From NCBI GenBank assembly GCA_019309665.1, contig JAFDFV010000001.1, positions 1-27,065 of the forward strand: DNA of 27,065 nucleotides, given 5' to 3'. Each line of letters starts with the position of its first letter. Positions within the stretch are counted from its first letter, which is position 1. The stretch is from Deltaproteobacteria bacterium (GTDB lineage Bacteria; Desulfobacterota; Desulfobacteria; Desulfobacterales; ETH-SRB1). The notes beneath the pieces were generated by a model, which had not been told where the DNA came from, did not search any database, and saw nothing but the letters and a program-made list of their open reading frames with translations. Shown piece after piece: positions 15,848 to 22,918 of the stretch. The position numbers were made by a program, and so were the translations under genes.

Positions 15848-16936
15848 TTATTCTCTTTCCTTTTCTATTCTGAGACGATTTTCTATTATATCATAGACCC
15901 TGTCGGCTATAAGCTCATAATCTACTAAATGTTGAGCCGGATCGGTTAAGCCGGAGGGCTCAAAACCGATTGGATAACTCTTGACATCCTTTCTTGAGTT
16001 TGTATTTTCTTTGACTCTCATAACTTTCAATGACCGACTTGAATTATGATGCCTATCAAGGAAAATAAGCTGCGAGGAAAAGGAAGCATGTTCATCACTC
16101 AAAGCATCTTTTTTCATCCTGGTATGTTGAGTATCAATCATAGGGATAAACTTATGCGTCCGCAGGGAAGACCTTCCGAGGTGAAGGATTGGTTGCGCCT
16201 CTCTATCGCCATTGATAACCGTATTGTCAGAGAAAAACATTGGTTTTCTACTTTGTGGTTTTAATAATGAGAAAAATATATCGGTTGCGACAGGAAAAGG
16301 TTGTGGAGTTACGGTATCGGCCACCTTGCTCTCCTGAAGTGCAGGAAAGGGCATATGATCAAGAAGAGCAAGCCTTTTGGGTGTAGTCAGGTCGAATTTG
16401 CCGCTGCCAAAAAAAATTTCTTTTCTTGTAGTAAAGATTTCAGATTTTGCCGTTTTTACTGCTGAAAAAGTTTCTGAATTTGAATCTAAATGTATACGAT
16501 CTTGCTTAAACTTAAATCCTTTATAAAATAATGATTCCATAAATGCAGGAATATACTTGTGTTTGTATATGGGCAAGAAGCTTTTAATTAAGTTTGCTGA
16601 TCCACCAGAAATTGCTTTTCTTTTTGTTTCAAAAAGTAATCCTTTTACTTGACCTTCAACAGATGGACATGCGGAGGGCTTTTCTTCACTATTTAGACCT
16701 TTCTCCATAGATAAGGTATTAATCAAAGGTTGAATAAGATAGGTCATCTCAACTTCCGGCAGATTCAACATTTCGGCCCCGGGAGATCTGAACATCCTTA
16801 GGCCAAAATAGGACTCCAGAAAACCAAGTGGATTGGCTCCTAAAGGCCTAAGATAGTTCTTTAGAATATCTTTGTGAAAATTTATTAATCTCTTGTTCAG
16901 CCTCCCGATACAAGAGAGATATCCTTCATTAAGCAT
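15848..16936 (-). CDS. Hypothetical eCIS protein with a degenerate DUF4157-like segment and a conserved-looking C-terminal helix
   Basis: ATG 16936 lies 1 nt after the tube-2 stop. Internal AFMESLF...RIHLDS...FTTRKEIFFGSGKFD...LALLDH; C-terminal ELIADRVYDIIENRLRIEKERE. Confidence 0.6.
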   Translation of the reverse strand: MLNEGYLSCIGRLNKRLINFHKDILKNYLRPLGANPLGFLESYFGLRMFRSPGAEMLNLPEVEMTYLIQPLINTLSMEKGLNSEEKPSACPSVEGQVKGLLFETKRKAISGGSANLIKSFLPIYKHKYIPAFMESLFYKGFKFKQDRIHLDSNSETFSAVKTAKSEIFTTRKEIFFGSGKFDLTTPKRLALLDHMPFPALQESKVADTVTPQPFPVATDIFFSLLKPQSRKPMFFSDNTVINGDREAQPILHLGRSSLRTHKFIPMIDTQHTRMKKDALSDEHASFSSQLIFLDRHHNSSRSLKVMRVKENTNSRKDVKSYPIGFEPSGLTDPAQHLVDYELIADRVYDIIENRLRIEKERE

Positions 16937-16937
16937 T

Positions 16938-17372
16938 TTAAAGCCTTTCGATTCCTTCATGGGCAATCTCTAGAACTTCGATAGCCACCTCATTGCCATT
17001 GGCCTTAAAATTTGGCCCTTTCCATTTGCAAGGCCAACCATCTTTGAAATTCCATCGCGCATTTTCCTCTCCAGTCTCATTAAGAAGTATAATGGAGCCG
17101 GATCTGCGCTCAACCTTTCCTGCGACAGCCTTATTTTGCCACTGCCACAGTTCAACTGAATCAGTGACCCCTCGTTTGAGAATGATATTGGAGTATTTTG
17201 TTTGGGTTGGTAATTTATGGATATAGGCATTCACTCCTCCTTCCTTGTATTCAAAGACCTCTGTTTCTATGTCCAGACCACTTACTTCAGAAAATCCGGC
17301 TTCTATCATTCCATTGATCTCTACCAGGAAGTTAAAGTTTACATAAGGATCACGCCTTTTCCCAGGCACCAT
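16938..17372 (-). CDS. Tail tube protein 2 (T4 gp19-like, Afp1/5)
   Basis: DPYVNFNFLVEI, GFSEVSGL, NIILKRGVT, WPCKWKGP and IEVLEIAHEG motifs; RBS before ATG 17372. Confidence 0.95.
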   Translation of the reverse strand: MVPGKRRDPYVNFNFLVEINGMIEAGFSEVSGLDIETEVFEYKEGGVNAYIHKLPTQTKYSNIILKRGVTDSVELWQWQNKAVAGKVERRSGSIILLNETGEENARWNFKDGWPCKWKGPNFKANGNEVAIEVLEIAHEGIERL

Positions 17373-17392
17373 TTCCTTGCTCCTTAGCAATT

Positions 17393-17563
17393 TCAGTTTT
17401 TAATTGAGGCATTTATCTTCTTATTAATCTTAGATATCTCCTCTACCCACCTGCACCTTTCTTGATGAGGCAAGTCCATTATCTCCTCATTTCCCCAGTG
17501 AAAATGATAGGCAATAAAGGCTATCTCCTCGTAGAGCCGGTCGAGGGGATAGCCAACTATTCC
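17393..17563 (-). CDS. DUF6760-like ORF without a start codon; probable -1 frameshift extension of the tail assembly chaperone (lambda gpT analogue)
   Basis: The -1 frame reads GIVGYPLDRLYEEIAFIAYHFHWGNEEIMDLPHQERCRWVEEISKINKKINASIKN*. There is no ATG/GTG/TTG between the upstream in-frame TAA and the conserved motif. Not in the ORF track. Confidence 0.8.
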   Translation of the reverse strand, partial: GIVGYPLDRLYEEIAFIAYHFHWGNEEIMDLPHQERCRWVEEISKINKKINASIKN

Positions 17564-17584
17564 CCCTGGTTCAAACTGACCTCC
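17519..17584 (-). promoter_or_regulatory. Putative programmed -1 ribosomal frameshift signal
   Basis: Minus strand: SD-like GGAGGT (17584-17579), 12-nt spacer, slippery GGGGGAA (17566-17560), 5-nt spacer, then stem-loop GGCTATC-C-CCTCG-N10-CGAGG-A-GATAGCC (17554-17519). Confidence 0.75.
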
Positions 17585-17919
17585 ACTTGACCGTTACAAT
17601 GGGGACACTTTGTTGTGAGGGTTAATGATCCCCCTCCGTTTATTCTCCGGTAGAACTCCTGAAGATATGTCAGATCTTCCACAAAGAGTCCCTCAATAAT
17701 CCTTGGATTAATATCCTCTATGGTTCCAAGTTTGGTAATCACCCTTGAAAGGAGAATAATTGTCAAATAGGCTGGGTTGTTCTGAACACGAGGATCTTTC
17801 AGGGGCAAAATCTCATCAGCCGCATTAGCCAGACGCAGAATACCCTCTTTGTAAAGATTGCCTTCCTTATCAACATAACCTTTTGGCAGAACAAACTCAT
17901 ATTCTGTCTGGATAACCAT
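17557..17919 (-). CDS. Tail assembly chaperone (lambda gpG analogue)
   Basis: TEYEFVLPKGYVD.EG.L...G.LRLA.AADEI.PL.DPRV..NPAYL..ILLSRVI motif, C-terminal CPHC; directly follows tube 1. Confidence 0.88.
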   Translation of the reverse strand: MVIQTEYEFVLPKGYVDKEGNLYKEGILRLANAADEILPLKDPRVQNNPAYLTIILLSRVITKLGTIEDINPRIIEGLFVEDLTYLQEFYRRINGGGSLTLTTKCPHCNGQVEVSLNQGE

Positions 17920-17937
17920 ATTACCTCCGGTTTACTT

Positions 17938-18381
17938 TTACTGGGTTCTCTTCATCCCTTCGTGAGCAATCTCCAATGTTTCTATAGCAATCTCATTTCC
18001 GGTAGCATTAAGGTCCGGAGCATCGTATCTGGTTGGCCATGCTTGTGAAAATTCCCAGCGTGTAACCGAATTAGCTTCATCATTCAGAACTACAACAGCC
18101 ATATTTTTTCTGGCATCTTTTATTTTTCCATCTTCTACATCCTTTCGCCAGTTATAAAGGTCTAGCGAATCAGTAATTCCCCATTTCAGAGTAACATTTC
18201 CATATTTTATAAGACCTGGGAGTTTTCTTACCGTAATCGCTTCGTTACCCTCCCTGTACTCAATGGGATCTTGCGCAGTATCAGGGATTGTCACCTCCCG
18301 AAATCCGGCCTGAGTAATCCCATCGATCTCAACCAGAAACCTGAAATTTTGATATGGATCTTTTCTTTTTCCAGCAGGCAT
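17938..18381 (-). CDS. Tail tube protein 1 (T4 gp19-like, Afp1/5)
   Basis: DPYQNFRFLVEIDG, YREG, RKLPGL.KYGNVTLKWG and IETLEIAHEG motifs; RBS agggagg before ATG 18381. Confidence 0.96.
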   Translation of the reverse strand: MPAGKRKDPYQNFRFLVEIDGITQAGFREVTIPDTAQDPIEYREGNEAITVRKLPGLIKYGNVTLKWGITDSLDLYNWRKDVEDGKIKDARKNMAVVVLNDEANSVTRWEFSQAWPTRYDAPDLNATGNEIAIETLEIAHEGMKRTQ

Positions 18382-18417
18382 AATCAACCTCCCTATTTAA
18401 TAATTTAAACATTAATT

Positions 18418-20055
18418 TTATTCAGTTATTTCCGAGCCGCTGCGCCATTGAGCAATTCGGAAGATGACAAATTCCGCCGGTTTGACAGGAGCTATACCGA
18501 TAAGAATAATCAGCCTTCCATTATCTATGTCATCCGGAGTCATAGTAGTTTCATCGCATTTTACAAAGAAAGCCTCATCAGGTGTAGTCCCCATTAAAGC
18601 GCCATCCTTCCATACTCTGGTGAGGAAATCGGTGATGGTTTGCTTTACTCTTGCCCAAAGCCTCTGATCATTAGGCTCAAAGACCACCCACTGGGTTCCT
18701 TCTTCAATAGATTCTTCAATATACAAAAACAGCCGCCTGACATTTACATATTTCCATATGGGATCGCTCGAAATTGTCCTCGCTCCCCAAACCCTTATGC
18801 CACGTCCACGGAAAGCCCTGATACAATTTACTCCTCTTGGGTTTAGAATATCCTGTTCTCCCTTGGTTAGAGAAAATTGCAACCCAACTGCTCCTCTTAC
18901 TATTTCATTGGCCGGAGCTTTATACACGCCCCGCTCTGTGTCACTTCTGGCATAGACACCTGCAACATGTCCTCCTGGAGGTATAAGCTTTGGGCTGTTT
19001 GTAAGCGGATCCATTACCTTAATCCACGGATAATAAAAAGCGGCATATTTTGAATCCAAGGGCGGCATAAGTTTACTGACAAGACCAGCGTTTTGCCCGG
19101 CTTGAAGAACAGCAAAACAATCCTTCTTCAACTCACAATGTTTTACTATCTCATCGGTTAATCCCGTAAAACTATTCTCATTTGGAATACAAACCATAGA
19201 AATCTCATCGACCTCGGTAAATGCGCTAAGACCCGTGCGTTCTCCAGGATTAGCTCCGGCTTTCCCTTTATAAGCAGAAAGATCTGTTTTCGCGCCATCT
19301 GAACCGCCTTCAAGAAATTTTAATCCTCCGGTGGGGGGAGTAACCGCATCGCTTATTTTACTGACTTCTATAAGAGAAGAAATATTATTGATTCTTTTTT
19401 CATAATAGTCACTAGATGATATTTCAGGAGAAAGATTGTCGTAGACTTCGATAAGCGACGGTTCCCTGCGGTTTGAGTCTCGCTGTTTATTCGGATCAGT
19501 AGGATCGGCTACAGGCTCTGGAGGGGCGGCTTTCCAATAGATTACGATTAATTTGAAAAGTTTTGGATTAAGGGCGGAGAGACTGGCCTGTTCAATCTTT
19601 ATTGCCACACGATTTCCCCAGGCTCCATGGCCTATAGTCTTTATACTAAATGCTTGACCGGAATTTCCTTGAGGAGATTCCTCGTCTGGTGCGGTTTCTT
19701 TGAGAGATTCACTCGCAGCAGCCTTCGATGATTTTTTGGGCTTTTCCGATTTATCACTATGTGTCGGAATCTCAAGAATTGCAGGGCTGCTGTTTTTTCC
19801 GACAATCCTGCAAATAAAACACCTTTTGCCTCCGTTGCTGAAAAATCCTTCCACAGCATACGGAAGATACGAATCAGGGAGAAATCCTCCGTAAAGTCTT
19901 AGAAACTGTTCCAGACCGGCAATCAGCCTTGGCACTGTTGGCCCACGATCTGTCTCTCCAATAAATCCTGCCGTGCTTGTGCTCACCCCCTCAATAGGCT
20001 TTCCACCCATTTCAACTTCTTCGATATAAACCCCTGGCGCTAAATACTCAGGCAT
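18418..20055 (-). CDS. Contractile tail sheath protein (Afp2/3/4-like, single copy)
   Basis: YLAPGVYIEE, YAAFYYPW, KAPANE, LNPRGVNCIR, VWGART, YVNVRRL, WVVFEPND and PVKPAEFVIFRI motifs; RBS aaggagg. Confidence 0.97.
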   Translation of the reverse strand: MPEYLAPGVYIEEVEMGGKPIEGVSTSTAGFIGETDRGPTVPRLIAGLEQFLRLYGGFLPDSYLPYAVEGFFSNGGKRCFICRIVGKNSSPAILEIPTHSDKSEKPKKSSKAAASESLKETAPDEESPQGNSGQAFSIKTIGHGAWGNRVAIKIEQASLSALNPKLFKLIVIYWKAAPPEPVADPTDPNKQRDSNRREPSLIEVYDNLSPEISSSDYYEKRINNISSLIEVSKISDAVTPPTGGLKFLEGGSDGAKTDLSAYKGKAGANPGERTGLSAFTEVDEISMVCIPNENSFTGLTDEIVKHCELKKDCFAVLQAGQNAGLVSKLMPPLDSKYAAFYYPWIKVMDPLTNSPKLIPPGGHVAGVYARSDTERGVYKAPANEIVRGAVGLQFSLTKGEQDILNPRGVNCIRAFRGRGIRVWGARTISSDPIWKYVNVRRLFLYIEESIEEGTQWVVFEPNDQRLWARVKQTITDFLTRVWKDGALMGTTPDEAFFVKCDETTMTPDDIDNGRLIILIGIAPVKPAEFVIFRIAQWRSGSEITE

Positions 20056-20133
20056 GGCATACCTCCTTTTATGTCTTAAGTTTAATGATTAAAACATTAT
20101 TATCATATGTTAATTTCTTAATATTACCATTTC

Positions 20134-20721
20134 TCATCCCTTATGCTTTATAGTAACTATCTTTTCCAGAACTACCGGCCCTTCAACTGTTTTAAACGGC
20201 TCTACACCGATGGTCACGCTGTAGTTAAGAGCAACCTTGGGTTTGCCGCCCATGGCTCGCCAGAACTCTCCAAGACTTTGCAATCGACCAGGCTGCAGGC
20301 TCAAGACAGGCAGAGGCAGATCCTGACCTTTCAAACTCCCATGAAGCATCCCGGCAGGAATAGTGGGGTAGCGCAAGAACACCTTCATCACCTCACCCAG
20401 CAGATGGTGCTCATCCATAACAGGATTGGGAGCGCTATCGCCGGGCCAGGCCGTAATCAGATAAGAGCAGTCCACCTGCACTGGTGGACGTTTTTTAGTA
20501 GCTGTACCGCTACTGTGCCGTTCAACGGTCCACTCGTTGCTCCGCAGATCCCGATTTTCCCGAACGTCGTAGAGAAAGATATCTATTGTCGGCAGAGTGA
20601 CCGAGGTAGGCGGAAACTGATCATCGGGCGTGGCAAAGCTTATGGTCACCTGTGAGACCAGCTCTGACGGGAGGCCTTGCTTGAGGAGTTCTTCTATTGT
20701 TTTGTCGAGGTCGTTGATCAT
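20134..20721 (-). CDS. DUF4255 / Pvc16-Afp16 cap (tail terminator) protein
   Basis: MINDLDKTIEELL, IDIFLYDVRENRDLR, VDCSYLITAW and FWRAMGGKPKVALNYSVT motifs; located immediately upstream of the sheath. Confidence 0.92.
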   Translation of the reverse strand: MINDLDKTIEELLKQGLPSELVSQVTISFATPDDQFPPTSVTLPTIDIFLYDVRENRDLRSNEWTVERHSSGTATKKRPPVQVDCSYLITAWPGDSAPNPVMDEHHLLGEVMKVFLRYPTIPAGMLHGSLKGQDLPLPVLSLQPGRLQSLGEFWRAMGGKPKVALNYSVTIGVEPFKTVEGPVVLEKIVTIKHKG

Positions 20722-20903
20722 GGTTTATTTTTTAACCTTATGAGAACCGGATCCAGGCTTATAGTACGTCGCAAATGAATTGATACTCTTATTGTACAAT
20801 GCAACTGATGTATCACTGTATCGTGTATGCCGATTTGGGACGCACAAACACGGCTTTTTGATTTTTGCGCTAAAATCAAGGGGATATAAATTTTAGCATC
20901 AAT

Positions 20904-21359
20904 TCATCTGCGAAGACCTATAGGTCGCTTTTTGGTCAAGTGGTCCTGGAAATAAGCATACAGCCGCTCGTAGCGCATATCGAGTGTCGGAGCCAGGCAG
21001 ATCAGGATGGTGTCCACATCAAAGGGAGTTAAGTGAAAGAGGCGCGCCGGTTCGTTAAGACACAGGGTAATGCCCTGTATGGTGCTTTCGGTCTTGCATT
21101 TGCCAATGTCAACGGCCATCCGGTCAAACGCGATCCTAACCTTAGTATAGAACGATGGCGATAGAGCACTTGCCCAGAGGGGTAAACAGATCAGCAGTTT
21201 CAAAAGCGCATCTATCTCTTGCTCAGAGTTAGAGAGACCCTGGAATTCGCAGTTGCTTTTCTGTACTTCACGCGTTAGCTGCACCTGCCTCTTAATGATC
21301 AGATCAATACGCTCTATTTCTGCCTGGATGTGTTGAAGTGATGTGGTATAGTATTCCAT
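20904..21359 (-). pseudogene. N-terminal fragment of the eCIS AAA+ ATPase (Afp15/Pvc15-like)
   Basis: EIERIDL, FQGL..SEQEIDALL and LFHLTPFDVDTILICLAP.LD.RYERLYAYFQD..TKKRP, then a stop after 5 more residues. No Walker motifs are visible downstream before Pvc16. Confidence 0.8.
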
Positions 21360-21660
21360 TTCAGTCTGACCTCATATTTACGGCTTGCATGAAAAACACT
21401 CCGATTGCATGAGCAACATATAAAAGACAAACCTGGAAACTGAAAGGCATCCATAACCCCATTTTAAATCAGAAAAATCAATGGTATTAATGGTGTTAAA
21501 GATAAAATCTATTTTGTTCTTAAGTACAAAAATTGTCAAGAACAAAATTAGAGTCTCCTCTCCTGTTCCAGATGTACGTGAAACACAAAATGCGGCAAAC
21601 TTGATACTTGCAGGATTTAAGGTTGCGCGCCCAAATAAACTGTGCTAATTTTGAAAAATT

Positions 21661-21993
21661 ATGAAACAATATATTATTGATGATCTAAGACTCGGAGAAT
21701 ACGAAAAGATTAAGACTTATCTGGATGAGAATGTCGGCACTTCAAAAATGGATGGAATATACTGGATACAGCTTGATGAAAATATTCTGACTGACATTCA
21801 GGCAGAACATAAGGAATGCCGGCCATTTTATTTTGCAATTGATATAGAACATGACCGTGTATCTTGTGAACTTCTTGTAAGATCCAGAAGTACAATAAAA
21901 TGCAATTGTACAAGCTATGCTACTGAATCCCAGCGCAACTGGATTATTAAATTTGCTGATACAATATTCGAAAAACTGGAAATAACGACTTAG
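21661..21993 (+). CDS. Conserved-looking hypothetical protein
   Basis: 110-aa ORF at the start of the plus-strand core block; contains C...PFYFAI and ELLVRS...CNC.SYAT. Confidence 0.75.
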   Translation: MKQYIIDDLRLGEYEKIKTYLDENVGTSKMDGIYWIQLDENILTDIQAEHKECRPFYFAIDIEHDRVSCELLVRSRSTIKCNCTSYATESQRNWIIKFADTIFEKLEITT

Positions 21994-22010
21994 GCAGCTA
22001 CTCAGGCCTT

Positions 22011-22188
22011 TAGGCTGAAGGCTATAGGCTGAAGGAAACAGATGATTCCTGAACGTTATTTTCTATGTTTAGGACAAAATTTCTGGCCGCTTTAATAACA
22101 TTTTGGCTTCTGAAAGTCTATACCTTCAGTCTATTAGTTACTTTAATGTTTTGATCAACCGTTAACTGTAAACCGACAACCGTGAACT
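22011..22188. repeat. 7/14-bp-periodic REP-like intergenic element
   Basis: taggctgaagg at 22011 and 22025, inverted copy ccttcagtcta at 22123-22133, then heptamers aaccgtt aactgta aaccgac aaccgtg (22157-22184). Confidence 0.7.
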
Positions 22189-22198
22189 ATTACTATTT

Positions 22199-22918
22199 AT
22201 GATACGAACCCTGATTATTGCAATATTTACTTTTCCTGCTACAGTCTTTTTCAGCAGCCTAACCATACTTGCATCTTTTATAAATAAAAATAGCGATCTG
22301 GCTTATAATTGTACAAAAACATGGGCAAAATTTGTACTTGCCGTCAGTCGCATTAAAGTAACCGTCGATGGCGTTTACAACTTACGACCTGACAGGTCTT
22401 ATATATACATGTCTAATCACCAGAGCAACTTTGATATTCCCGTTGCTCTGGCTTATCTTCCTTTTAAGTTCAGATGGGTTGCAAAAGCAGAACTTTTCAA
22501 GATACCGATTTTCGGTTATGCGATGCACAGGATTGGGCATATTAATATTGACAGATCAAATCGCAGAGCTGCTTTTAAAAGCTTAAAAAAGGCTGCAAAA
22601 AATATTCGGGAAGGAGTTTCGGTATTAATCTATCCTGAGGGTACACGCAGCAAAGACGGTAATATCAGTCCATTTAAAAAAGGTGGGTTTGTTTTAGCGG
22701 TGGAATCCGGAGTTCCGATAGTTCCTGTAATAATACATGGAACATGGCCTATCATGTCTAAGGATAAAATCATTATCAAACCAGGTAATGTTACTATAGA
22801 AATCAAAGAACCAATTGAAACAAAAAATTATAATAGAAAAAGTAAAGACGAGCTTCTTGAAAAAGTAAGAAATATCATTTGCGAATCTTTTGAGAAGGAA
22901 AAAAAAGAGACATTATGA
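22199..22918 (+). CDS. plsC: 1-acyl-sn-glycerol-3-phosphate (lysophospholipid) acyltransferase
   Basis: NHQSNFD (HX4D), AKAEL, IDRSN, YPEGTRS and PIVPV motifs; the stop overlaps the rnj start. Confidence 0.9.
   Translation: MIRTLIIAIFTFPATVFFSSLTILASFINKNSDLAYNCTKTWAKFVLAVSRIKVTVDGVYNLRPDRSYIYMSNHQSNFDIPVALAYLPFKFRWVAKAELFKIPIFGYAMHRIGHINIDRSNRRAAFKSLKKAAKNIREGVSVLIYPEGTRSKDGNISPFKKGGFVLAVESGVPIVPVIIHGTWPIMSKDKIIIKPGNVTIEIKEPIETKNYNRKSKDELLEKVRNIICESFEKEKKETL

Larger units (their letters stand above)
7019..21359 (-). other. Extracellular-type contractile injection system (eCIS/PLTS) gene cluster
   Basis: Co-oriented, tightly packed cap, sheath, tube, chaperone, tube, LysM, hub, spike, gp25, baseplate J, wedge and PAAR genes. 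No capsid, portal, terminase or TssJLM genes. Confidence 0.95.

Noticed and set aside
3190-20655. Numerous plus-strand ORFs opposite the island genes (e.g. 7038-7367, 13607-14047, 20143-20655)
   Set aside because: They are antisense shadows of well-supported minus-strand genes, with no motifs or convincing RBS.
20796-20815. Sigma-54 promoter upstream of the cap gene (minus strand TGATAC-N5-TTGCA)
   Set aside because: The invariant GG at -24 is missing.
7019-21359. Prophage or R-type pyocin interpretation
   Set aside because: No head, terminase, portal or integrase genes. DUF4255, the Afp15-like ATPase fragment, two gp19 tubes and PAAR are eCIS hallmarks.
21385-21412. Direct repeat ttgcatga x2, 20 bp apart, upstream of the ATPase fragment
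   Set aside because: Only 8 bp and two copies; it could be an operator but cannot be distinguished from chance here.
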